Assembly (NCBI GenBank): GCA_002269645.1 | Contig: NIVC01000603.1 | Coordinates: 1-23,511 of the forward strand | Direction of reading: 5' to 3' | Length of the DNA stretch: 23,511 bases | From: Macrostomum lignano | Taxonomy: Eukaryota | Part shown: positions 11,101 to 20,949 of the stretch, one piece after another | Layout: each line of letters begins with the position of its first letter | Position numbering within the stretch: position 1 is the first letter of the stretch | Notes under the pieces: model-generated | The model's database searches: none | What the model was told of the DNA's origin: nothing | Seen by the model: only the letters and a program-made list of their open reading frames with translations | Program-made: the position numbers and the translations under genes

Positions 11101-13759
11101 ATCAGGATCAGGACAGGATCAGCATCAGGATCAAAATCAGGATCAGAATCAGGATCAGGATCAGGACAGGATCAGGATCAGGATCAAAATCAGGATCAGG
11201 ATCAGGATCAGGATCAGGATCAGGATCAGGATCAGGATCAGGATCAGAATCAGGAACAAGATCAGGATCAGGATCAGGATCAGGATCAGGACAGGATCAG
11301 GACAGGATCAGCATCAGGATCAAGATCAAGATCAGGATCAGGATCGGGAGCGGGATCAGGATCAGGATCAGGATCAGGATCAGGACAGGATCAGCATCAG
11401 GATCAAAATCAGGATCAGGATCAGGATCAAGATCAAGATCAGGATCAGGATCGGGAGCGGGATCAAGATCAGGATCAGGATCAGGATCAGGACAGGATCA
11501 GCATCAGGATCAAAATCAGGATCAGGATCAGGATCAGGATCAGGATCGGGATCAGGATCAGGATCAGGATCAAGATCAAGATCAGGATCAGGATCGGGAT
11601 CAGGATCAAGATCAGGATCAGGATCAGGTTCGGGATCAGGATCAGGATCAGGATCAGGATCAGGTTCGGGATCAGAATGAGGATCAGGATCAGGACACGA
11701 TCAGGATCAGGACAGGATTGGGACAGGATCGGGACAGGATCAGGATAAGGATCAGGATCAGGATCAAGATCAGGATCAGGATCAGGATCGGGATCAGGAT
11801 CAGGATCAGGATCAGGATCAGGATCAGGATCAGGATCAGGATCGGGATCAGGATCAGGATCAGGATCCAGGATCAGGATCCAGGATCAGGATCAAGATCC
11901 AGATCAAGATCAGGATCAGGATCGGGATCAGGATCAGGATCGGGATCAGGATCAGGATCAGGATCAGGATCAGGATCAAGATCAAGATCAAGATCAGGAT
12001 CAGGATCAGGATCAGGATCAGGATCAGGATCAAGATCAAGATCAAGATCAGGATCGGGATCAGGATCAAGATCAGCATCAGCATCAGGATCAAAATCAGG
12101 ATCAGGATCAGGATCAGGATCAGGATCGGGATCAGGATCAGGATCAGGATCAAGATCAAGATCAGGATCAGGATCGGGATCAGGATCAAGATCAGGATCA
12201 GGATCAGGTTCGGGATCAGGATCAGGATCAGGATCAGGATCAGGTTCGGGATCAGAATGAGGATCAGGATCAGGACACGATCAGGATCAGGACAGGATTG
12301 GGACAGGATCGGGACAGGATCAGGATAAGGATCAGGATCAGGATCAAGATCAGGATCAGGATCAGGATCGGGATCAGGATCAGGATCAGGATCAGGATAA
12401 GCATCAGGATCAGGATCAGAATCAGGATCAGGACCAGTATCAGGATCAGGATCAGGATAAGCATCAGGATCAGGATCAGAATCAGGATCAGGACCAGTAT
12501 CAGGATCAAGATCAGGATCGGGATCAGGATCAGGATCAGGATCAGGATCAGGATCAAGATCAAGATCAAGATCAGGATCAGGATCAGGATCAGGATCAGG
12601 ATCAGGATCAAGATCAAGATCAAGATCAGGATCGGGATCAGGATCAAGATCAGGATCAGGATCAGGTTCGGGATCAGAATCAGGATCAGGATCAGGACAC
12701 GATCAGGATCAGGACAGGATTGGGACAGGATCGGGACAGGATCAGGATCAGGATCAGGATCAGGATCAAGATCAGGATCAGGATCAGGATCAGGACAGGA
12801 TCAGCATCAGGATCAAGATCAGGATCAGGATCAGGATCAGGATCAGGATCAGGATCAGGATCAGGATCAGGATTAGGATCAAGATCAGGATCAGGATCAG
12901 GTTCGGGATCAGGATCAGGATCAGGATCAGGATCAGGTTCGGGATCAGAATCAGGATCAGGATCAGGATTAGGATCAAGATCAGGATCAGGATCAGGTTC
13001 GGGATCAGGATCAGGATCAGGATCAGGATCAGGTTCGGGATCAGAATCAGGATCAGGATCAGGATCAGGATCGGGATCAGGATCAGGATCAGGATCCAGG
13101 ATCAGGATCCAGGATCAGGATCAAGATCAAGATCAAGATCAAGATCAGGATCAGGATCGGGATCAGGATCAGGACAGGATCAGCATCAGGATCAAGATCA
13201 GGATCAGGATCAGGATCGGGATCAGGATCAGGATCAGGATCAGGATCAGGATCATGATCAGGATCAGGATCAGGTTCGGGATCAGGATCAGGATCAGGAT
13301 CAGGATCAGGTTCGGGATCAGAATCAGGATCAGGATCAGGATCAGGATCGGGATCAGGATCAGGATCAGGATCCAGGATCAGGATCCAGGATCAGGATCA
13401 AGATCAAGATCAAGATCAGGATCAGGATCGGGATCAGGATCAGGACAGGATCAGCATCAGGATCAAGATCAGGATCAGGATCAGGATCGGGATCAGGATC
13501 AGGATCAGGATCAGGATCAGGATCATGATTAGGATCAGGATCAGGTTCGGGATCAGGATCAGGATCAGGATCAGGATCAAGATCAAGATCAAGATCAGGA
13601 TCAGGATCGGGATCAGGATCAGGATCAGGATCAGGATCAGGATCAGGATCATGATCAGGATCAGGATCAGGTTCGGGATCAGGATCAGGATCAGGATCAG
13701 GATCAAGATCAAGATCAAGATCAGGATCAGGATCGGGATCAGGATCAGGATCAGGATCA
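8197..13759. repeat. (GGATCA)n hexamer satellite, ~5.6 kb, with higher-order repeats
   Basis: Continuous GGATCA units with recurrent variants (GGATCG, AGATCA, GGACA, GGTTCG, ATGAGCGG, ATTGGG) that recur in blocks. Confidence 0.99.
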
Positions 13760-13779
13760 CTTTGACAGCCTGAAAACCC

Positions 13780-14636
13780 TCAGGTCACGTAGACACCAGT
13801 AGCATCCTCCAGGTTGTAACCAGAGTTCTCATACTCCATGACAGCAGAAACGGTAGCAACCGGTGCTCCAGATCCGGGCGTCTCGGATCGATCAGACTAA
13901 AGCGAAAAGAGTTCGAACTTTAGCTGTCACAGTTTGAGTCGACTGTACAGATTGAGAAAATCAAAGCTTACCATTGGAATAGTTTGTTTTGTCCACGACT
14001 TCTTTTCTCTGAATTTGATGACTGCAAACTGAAGTTAGCAGATGCAACACGGCAGCTTAGAGCACAGAGACGGAAAATATAATGTAGAGAGAGGGGTTAC
14101 TCACCGAGCCCAAGACAAGCAAGAGCACACTTAGCAGAGCAGTTGCTGTTAGAAATCCGTACAGGAACTGTGAAATGTACATGTGTAAGGACTTCACATC
14201 ACGTTTGATGAGACCTTTGTGATTGCCGCAGCTGTAGCAAGCTGAGGCCCTGTGCTCGGCCTTGAACCGGATCTCCGGCGGCAGATTCTGCACTGCGCTG
14301 CACTCGACGAGGCCCACAAGCCACTCTGAGCTCAGCTTCCCCCGATCGCCAGTGCCCACGTGCTGACCCAACCGTCTCCACTCGAGCTCTGGAATTGATG
14401 AAGCTCGCTGGTCAGCATGTCAGCGCATAGTCACTCATAGTGTGAAAGTGCAAAATGCAAGCAATTTACAAATGACAGCTGCGTGAGGTTTCGCACTTCC
14501 AATCCGCCACCAACAGCGCCGCATCTGTGCTCGGGCACTGGTAGAGATGCAGACGATGCGAACTGTACCAATACGTCGGATGAGCTCTCGCAGGTTGGCA
14601 GATTGAGTACAGAAATTGATGCGCTTGATGGCGGGT
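13780..14636 (-). CDS. Receptor copy A, exons 7-10: Ig-like stalk, TM helix, basic stop-transfer cluster, Tyr-containing cytoplasmic tail
   Basis: Exons 14636-14470, 14407-14105, 14028-13972, 13896-13780; introns 62, 76, 75 nt, GT..AG, all phase 0. Product ...FLYGFLTATALLSVLLLVLGS|FAVIKFREKKSWTKQTIPM|SDRSETPGSGAPVATVSAVMEYENSGYNLEDATGVYVT*. Exon 7 joins exon 6 in phase 1 to give the typical TVL-Y-PP Ig linker. The exon 7/8 junction is the least certain. Confidence 0.8.
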
Positions 14637-14984
14637 CTGTGAGCGTATTAAAAAGGGGAATGGAGTTCATCAAGTTCGATCAATAAGCTTTTCAGTTATC
14701 GAATTAAGGCGGATTTATTGGTTAATTTGGCTGGGCCAGACTTCTGCACAGCAGATGTTTGCACAGCAACTTTTTTGCAAATAAGAGGGATGATTGAGCT
14801 TAAATAATAACTGGTCCGGCCGGGCGTAGCTTGGTTGGGTGTTAAACCAGTGGGGGTGGCTCTTGTGCGTTGGTGCAGGGGGTGGTGGGCCGGGCCTTTG
14901 GTCCCGTGCCCCGGTTTATGTGCCTTTATTTAATGTGGGGCGGGCTGCCTATGGCCTGCCAAGTGCGTATCGATTCTTTTTGCA

Positions 14985-16045
14985 ATGGCGGACCGCGTGA
15001 AACTCATGCACCTGAGCAAGGTGGCTCTGCAAGCCTTGTGTGCCCACGCTAATGTAAGCAGTCGGGCAATAAGGCCGACCTTGTCAGCGCCTTGCTCGCG
15101 GCCCCAGACCAGTCGTGAACAGACTCGCTATTGCAGAACATGGAGCAATATGAGCAAGAAGCCGATGCAGACGACAACATCAGTACGGAGGCGGCTCGGG
15201 AGTCGGCGGCGGGCCTGGACGAGGACATCGCGAAGGTGGAAGAGGAGATCAGACTGTTGCAGCTACACAAGGAAGCCGCTAAACTCAAGAGGGAGATCGG
15301 AGATCTGCAACGCGAGTGTCCATCCTATGAATCGCGGTGAGTGTGCCAAGCCTGCTGCCCCCAGTTGCTTTCCTGAAGTGTGGGATGATGCTGGATTAGA
15401 CCAGGAAGATAATGGCAATGAGCTGCTTGGTAGATTGTTGTCACGGAACAGGGCTAATGAACGGATGGAGTGTTCGGGCAGGCGTAAGGCTCTCCTGATT
15501 CGTGATTTCCTTGACGGCTTTGAGCAGAAAGAGGTGCTGGCTAATGATTTTGGTGGCCGAATCACTTACAAGAGCAGAAAACATAATAGCATCACAGCAG
15601 CGCAGTATTTGGTAGGCAATGGCAGGCTGATGATGCAAATGATCAAGGATGGTGCCCTGGTGACTAATAGGAATGGAATTGCCGACACGACTGATTTGAT
15701 GAATCACCTACGCTACTCAATACAGATAGGCGAGCTGTTTGACGCGGGCTTCGGCCTTGCTCAGGTGAACCGTTTTGAAGAGGACTAACGCACTAGGCAA
15801 GCTGAAACTGGTATGTGCTGGGCAAGGAGTCTTTCCAACTCGTTGCTAAGCACTTAATCAGAACTGAAACTCGAGCAAACCATGGAGTCAGCAAGTCATT
15901 GCCCCAGCCATGGCAGCAGCGTTTTCAAAACCAATAGACCCCAAGAGCCTCAGAACGGCAGACGGGCTAGAGATCTACTTGCACTTCAAGCTGCAAATTC
16001 CGACATGTTTGCCGTATCTGTTTTGAGGCCCACCATGAGGCGAAC
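14985..16045 (+). pseudogene. gag-like ORF1 with N-terminal SAP-like motif, coiled coil and C-terminal Cys/His knuckle; disrupted
   Basis: LSKVALQALCAHANVSSR/GNKADLVSALL (frameshift ~15065); LDEDIAKVEEEIRLLQLHKE; KALLIRDFL; FEED*RTRQAETGMCW (TAA 15786-15788); CKFRHVCRICFEAHHEANH (15992-16045); TGA at 15116-15118. Confidence 0.75.
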
Positions 16046-16069
16046 CATTCGACAAGAACTGAACTCTGC

Positions 16070-17427
16070 GAAGCTGCAAATTAAGGAAGAGACTGAGAAT
16101 GGCAGATACGTGGTGGTGCCTGAGAAGCCGACGATGGTCAGCCCTCTGGGAGCTATTCCCAAGGATAACAGGAAGGTTCGACTTATTCATGACTGCAGCA
16201 CGCCTCCGGCTACTCGGTAAAAGACACTTATACGAGGAAGCTGAGCCCTAAGTTTGAGTCCGTCAAGAAGGCTGCAGCCTCTATCGGCAAGGGCTGGTTC
16301 ATGGCAAAGCTTGATTTGTCGCAAGCTTACAGAAGTGTGGCGATTCATCCGGATGATTACCAGGCGACTGGCATTGGTTAGCGCTTTAAAGGCAACCGTG
16401 ATCTGACATGGCTAATCGACACCCGGCTACCCTTTGGTAGCTGCGCCTCGGTCGAGATTTTCTACCGGCTTACTCAAGCGGTCAAGAGGATGATGGTGCG
16501 ACCGGTGTGGCCAATAGTTCGGTCTACCTGGATGATTTTCTGGTTGCGGCCGAGAGCGAGGAGGAGTGTATGGATGCCCTGAAAGAACTGATGAAGTTGG
16601 TTCGCCAGTTGGGTTTTGGTGTCAATTGGAACAAAGTGGTTGAACCTACGCAATGCTTGGTGTATCTCGGTGTGAAGATTGATACTGTCCGTGGAGTTCT
16701 TAGTGTGCCGGCGGGAAAGTGTGAGGAAATGCGCACCACACTGCTTAATTTCTCGCAGAGCAGGCGTCTCTCGAAACGCCAGCTTTCGTCGCTTTGTGGC
16801 AAGCTCAGCTGGGTCGTCCAAGTGGTGCACGCTGGGAGTTGCTTCCTCAGGCCCCTGTTCGACTTGCCTAATGCCCTGGAAAAGCCACATCACAAAGTAC
16901 GAGTGTCCGCTGACACTGTGCGTATTTTACTCTGGTGGCGCGGTGCCCTTCTGAAGCTGCCTGATTTTCAGCTTTGGAGAAGTCGCACAAACGGCTGGAT
17001 CATCGAAACCGATGCCAGCAGTGCTGGTGGTGGTGCCATTTTGCGCAATGGTAGCGGAATGATGGATTGGCTGTATGTCAATTGGGATCTGGATGCTGGA
17101 GGAAAGTTTAAAGACAAGCATATCACGTACAAAGACGCTATTGTTCCGCTATTGGCTATGGTTCGCTGGAGTGTCTTTTTAAATGACGGTTCGGTCGTGG
17201 TCTACTACGGTCGTAGTCGCGGCTGTTGGTATGATAACAGAGGTTGCTGCCGGCAGCCTGAGTTGCAGCCGCTGTTCCAGACTGCCATGCTCATTGCTGT
17301 TAGGCGTGGGGTTGAGGTGCGCACTTTTCATATGCCTGGCTGGTGCCTCGTTTTTGCGGACCCGTGCTCTCGGCTGCACGCGGTAGGCAAGATGCGCGAT
17401 TTTTATTTTGAGTGTATGGCACTGTAA
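16070..17427 (+). pseudogene. Reverse transcriptase + RNase H (DIRS/Ngaro type), disrupted
   Basis: VSPLGAIPK..VRLIHDCS, KLDLSQAYR, RLPFGS, YLDD (16525-16536), YLGVKID, TDASSAGGGA, ADPCSRL; frameshifts near 16200 and 16500, TAG at 16379-16381. Confidence 0.95.
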
Positions 17428-17479
17428 ACTGCTGTTTTAATGAAATCGCCAGCCATGCTTTCTGCCCTGCTGTCTCCGT

Positions 17480-18508
17480 TCGGCCCTGCTGGCCCCACAC
17501 AAAGCGGAGTTACCGGTCGCAGCTCGCGTCCTGGCTGTGTTTTTGCAACTCCTAGCACTTGACACCGGTGCGCGCGCAGCCGGTGCACGTGGCCGTGTAA
17601 GTGGCCGAGTTGTCCACCCGGCTGTCAGTCTTTCGGAGTTGCCAGGCGTACGCTAACGCGGTCTCGCTGTACTTCAGAGCCCTCGGTCGGCCGGACCCGT
17701 GTGAGTCGCCGATGGTTAAGCTGGTGCGTTGTGGTCTGTGGTCTTCGCTGATGTCTCAGTCGGTAGCAGTGCTCAAGGGAGCCCCTCAGAATCGCAGATC
17801 TCCTCAAGCTGAACGCCCACCTGGACCAACGAAAGAAGAGTGACATCGCGTTCTGGGCAGCTGTTCTGGCAGCCTGGTGGGGTATGCTGCGGAAAGCGAA
17901 TGTGATCGGATGCAATCGGAGCGGCTAGATCTGTGGTGCAACCTGGCGGCATCAAACATCGTCTTTTCAAAGTGCGACTGTGAGCTCACCGTACGGCATT
18001 CAAAGACCAACCAGTTTGGCGACCGAGTTCAGCGAGTGTTTCTTCCGAAACTGCCTGATGGGAGCTTGGGTGTCCTGTGCCCGTTCCGTGCGCTCGAGCG
18101 GCAGCTACGGACAAACCGAATCGGCCAGGCGCCGCGTCCGGTTCACCTGTTCTCCACGTGGTCGGCAACGGGATGTTTGCCTCTGACGGCTAGCAGGTTT
18201 GATGGCCGGCTTCGCACTCTGTACACATCGGCGGGTTTGTCACCACGTGAGTTCACTAGCCACAGGCTGCGCGCGCGCGCGGCGCTACAGCAGCCATGCA
18301 GCTCGGTGTTCCACTGCTGATGATCATCAAGAAGCTGGGTGACTGGAAGGACAACTCGGTGTTTCGCTACCTATCTGTTCGGGATTCGGATACAAGGGCG
18401 GCTGTGCATGGCTTGTCTCGCCGGGTTAGCGCGCTCCAACTCTCTCTCTGTCGAACTTTCTTGGTTTGGATTGGCCAGGCTCGAACCTGCCCGTCTCGTG
18501 CCAACTGA
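17480..18508 (+). pseudogene. Tyrosine recombinase, disrupted
   Basis: All catalytic motifs visible across frames: MLRKAN (R 17890), HSKTNQ (K 18003), SHRLR (H 18261, R 18270), LGDW (W 18344), FRYL (Y 18368); two N-terminal stops and several frameshifts. Start approximate. Confidence 0.93.
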
Positions 18509-18922
18509 CTTGACTATATCTCATTGGTTTGATGTAACCACGCTCTGGTCGCGGGATAGGGCATGGGAACTTTTTCGAAGGTGCCTCCTATCCCGTGCAC
18601 CTCCCCTGCGCAGAGCTGTCGAGACTCGGTTAGGTCTCCGGCCAGGCCTGGAGACTCCCGCTCTGCTGCACCCTCCTGCTGCCTTGACTCCGTCTCCCCT
18701 GCCGCCACACCTGCCTTTCCGGAGCTCCCTATCCCTCTCTGTACCTCCCCCCTCTACCTTATCTCCCCTGCGCTCCACCCTAGTCTTCTTGTACTTTCCC
18801 CATCCCCCCTCTCTTTGTCTCTCTCTGAACTATTTTCCTGCTCTGTCCCCTCTTTCTCTGCGTCTACTTACAGTATTTTGTGTGCTCATCGACCTCCCAT
18901 CCCTTCCCAAACTCCCAAACGG

Positions 18923-19472
18923 TGACGCAAGTCGTGTGACCCCTTCTTCCCCTCGATGACTCATCGATGACTCATCCCCCTCTCTTGCGCAACCTTTTCT
19001 CATGCTATTGTTTTCCTCCCCAAATTTCTCATGCGACACCCACCCCACCTCCGCTTCTATTGTTCTCGTTTTTGATTCTTTTGTTCTCTTTACCCCCACC
19101 AATCATCACATTTTCTCCGATTTTCTCTTTCTTTTGTTCTCGTTTTCGCACCTAATTATCACCTTTTCTCCAATGTTTGCTTTTCTATTGTTCTCGATTC
19201 TCCCCAATTATCCCCGATTTCCAATTCCTTTGTTCTCGACCCCAGCCCTATTGTTCTCAATGTTTGCTTGCGCAACACTTTCGCAACCACCCGCTGCGCC
19301 AATTATCCCCCCACCCCACCTCCGGATTGCGCAATTTCCCTATTTCTCATGTTGCTATGCCGGTCTCATGTTTCTCATCATGACTCATTCTGACGTCATT
19401 CGGCCGGCAGCCAATCAGAGAGAGGGAGCCATGGAAACGACCTTGGAGCGGCGGCTGGGAAGGCTATAAAAG
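18923..19472 (+). promoter_or_regulatory. Enhancer/promoter in the solo LTR: bZIP sites, CCAAT box, TATA box
   Basis: ATGACTCAT at 18956, 18967, 19380; TGACGTCA 19391; TTGCGCAA 18985, 19268, 19327; TGACGCAA 18923; CAGCCAATCAG (CCAAT 19411); TATAAAAG 19465. Confidence 0.75.
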
Positions 19473-19773
19473 GAGGCGGTTTTCGGCATGAGAAGACTCA
19501 ACTTTTGCCCACCTTCGGGCTCCTAGTCTTTCTTTAGACTTGCCGTCAGACTGAGTTCTGACCCATTCTCTATAAGACGAATCCCTGCCGGTCTGCGGTC
19601 TGATACCGCCAAGTTATCTTCAGCTCCCCAAGTGAGCTCGCCTATTGGCCAGCGGTCTGACACCGCCCAGCATCATCAGCTTCGCCTGATCTACACCAGC
19701 GCCTCGTCGCTTCAGCGCATCGCCGCTTCACTGTCCGCCTGACTGCAGCCTACAGCCACCCTCGGTCACTCCG

Positions 19774-19798
19774 TCTCTCTCTCTCTCTCTCTCTCTCT
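19774..19798. repeat. (TC)n microsatellite
   Basis: Direct read. Confidence 0.95.
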
Positions 19799-20949
19799 GT
19801 GCAGCTGCCGGTAAGTTCCTGTTACTGATTTGTGCTCTAATTGCCTTTGCTTATCCGGGGTTTGCCTATTTTCCATTGTCTGATTAGAGGGCTGAGCCAG
19901 TTGTGATACCGTACCTTTTGCTGTATTTTTACTCAATAGTGAAGCCGCCTAATTGCCTGGTTATTTGCCTAAGGGCCTAATTATTAACTATTAACTAACC
20001 TCATCATTATTCACTCTTTCACCATCATTTCACTCATGGCTTGCTAAGCCTTTCTCCCGGGGTGGCAAAGCATAGGGAAGTTTGGGTAAGTTAATGGCCT
20101 CTCCCCGTGCAAAGCTCGTCTGTGAGTGCGTGCTGCGGGGCCGTGTGTGCGTGCAGTAGAGGGATTAGCGAGTCTTGGCACAGAATGGCAGTAGGAAGGT
20201 TGCAACCCCCATGCTGACGCGTCCCTTCGCCCTGAGCAATCTAAACTAGAGACAGTAGATGTTCGCCTCATACTACTCTTAGTAATCAAAGTCGCAAGTC
20301 AGCCTCGCTCACAGCCACAAAGGATCCCCTGCTGAGAAATCCTCCAGATTGAGCCCAGAGTTCCCGATCATGCCCCAAGCAGAGTCCCTGTACTCGGCTG
20401 CATGTGTCTCCCCTGTTAGCCTAAATCTCCTGGTAACCACCCCAGGCGGGGCTCTAGCCTCGAGAGGTCTGGTAGAAAGATCCAGGTGCGCCAGGTCACA
20501 TAGAGTGGTGGCAGCCTTTGCTGCAGGTTTTGCACCTTGGCTGCAGGTGGGGTCCATGTGGGTCCTTGGCCCTCTGGTCACGAAGCACTACCAAAGCTAT
20601 CAATCATGTGGACGGGACAGTCTGGTGCTGGAGGTCCGTCAGGTCATTGCCCGGTCATAGGCAGCCTACGGTCATTGCCCCTCTCTCGTCTCCCCCCCCT
20701 CGTTCGTCTCTCTACGGAGCGGACAGGCGACAAGGGCGGTTACATCAGGTTTAAAAGCACAAAAAAAAAAACAACAACAACAACAACAGCAGCAGCAACA
20801 ACAACACAACGACATCATCATCTGTATCACAAGCTATTTAGTCAAGTGGAAACTTATTTTCTAAGTTTCTGTTGGGCTATAACAAACATTTCAGATGAGT
20901 TAAAGGGCCTTTCTTTATCCATTCAATTTCAAATTGAAATGAAACTCAC

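Larger units (their letters stand above)
14805..18529 (+). mobile_element. Degenerate tyrosine-recombinase retrotransposon (DIRS order, Ngaro-like) in intron 6 of copy A
   Basis: gag-like, RT/RNase H and YR ORFs in order; no methyltransferase region after RNase H. Flanks rejoin to match the uninterrupted intron of copy B (1560-1620). Confidence 0.92.
18530..20747 (+). mobile_element. Probable solo LTR (2218 bp; Gypsy-like termini and 4-bp TSD)
   Basis: TG...CA ends with perfect 10-bp inverted repeat TGATGTAACC/GGTTACATCA; TSD GGTT (18526-18529, 20748-20751); internal Pol II promoter; no recognisable coding domain. No AATAAA seen, which weakens the LTR call. Confidence 0.75.

Noticed and set aside
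8172-13773. Long GS/IR/DQ/LI dipeptide ORFs
   Set aside because: By-product of a hexamer that is stop-free in most frames; recurrent 5-bp variants shift frame repeatedly.
13780-13840. ITIM/ITAM in the tail
   Set aside because: No Tyr has I/L/V at +3 (YENS, YNLE, YVT-stop).
16474-17588. Minus-strand ORFs over RT/RNase H
   Set aside because: Antisense shadows of pol coding sequence.
19805-19810. 6-nt micro-exon between the (TC)n-AG and GTAAGT in the LTR
   Set aside because: The pyrimidine tract is a microsatellite; untestable without transcripts.
19889-19900. 12-bp match GGGCTGAGCCAG to the minisatellite
   Set aside because: Does not extend; compatible with chance.
18514-20660. ORFs within the solo LTR
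   Set aside because: Low-complexity, composition-driven, no retroelement motifs.
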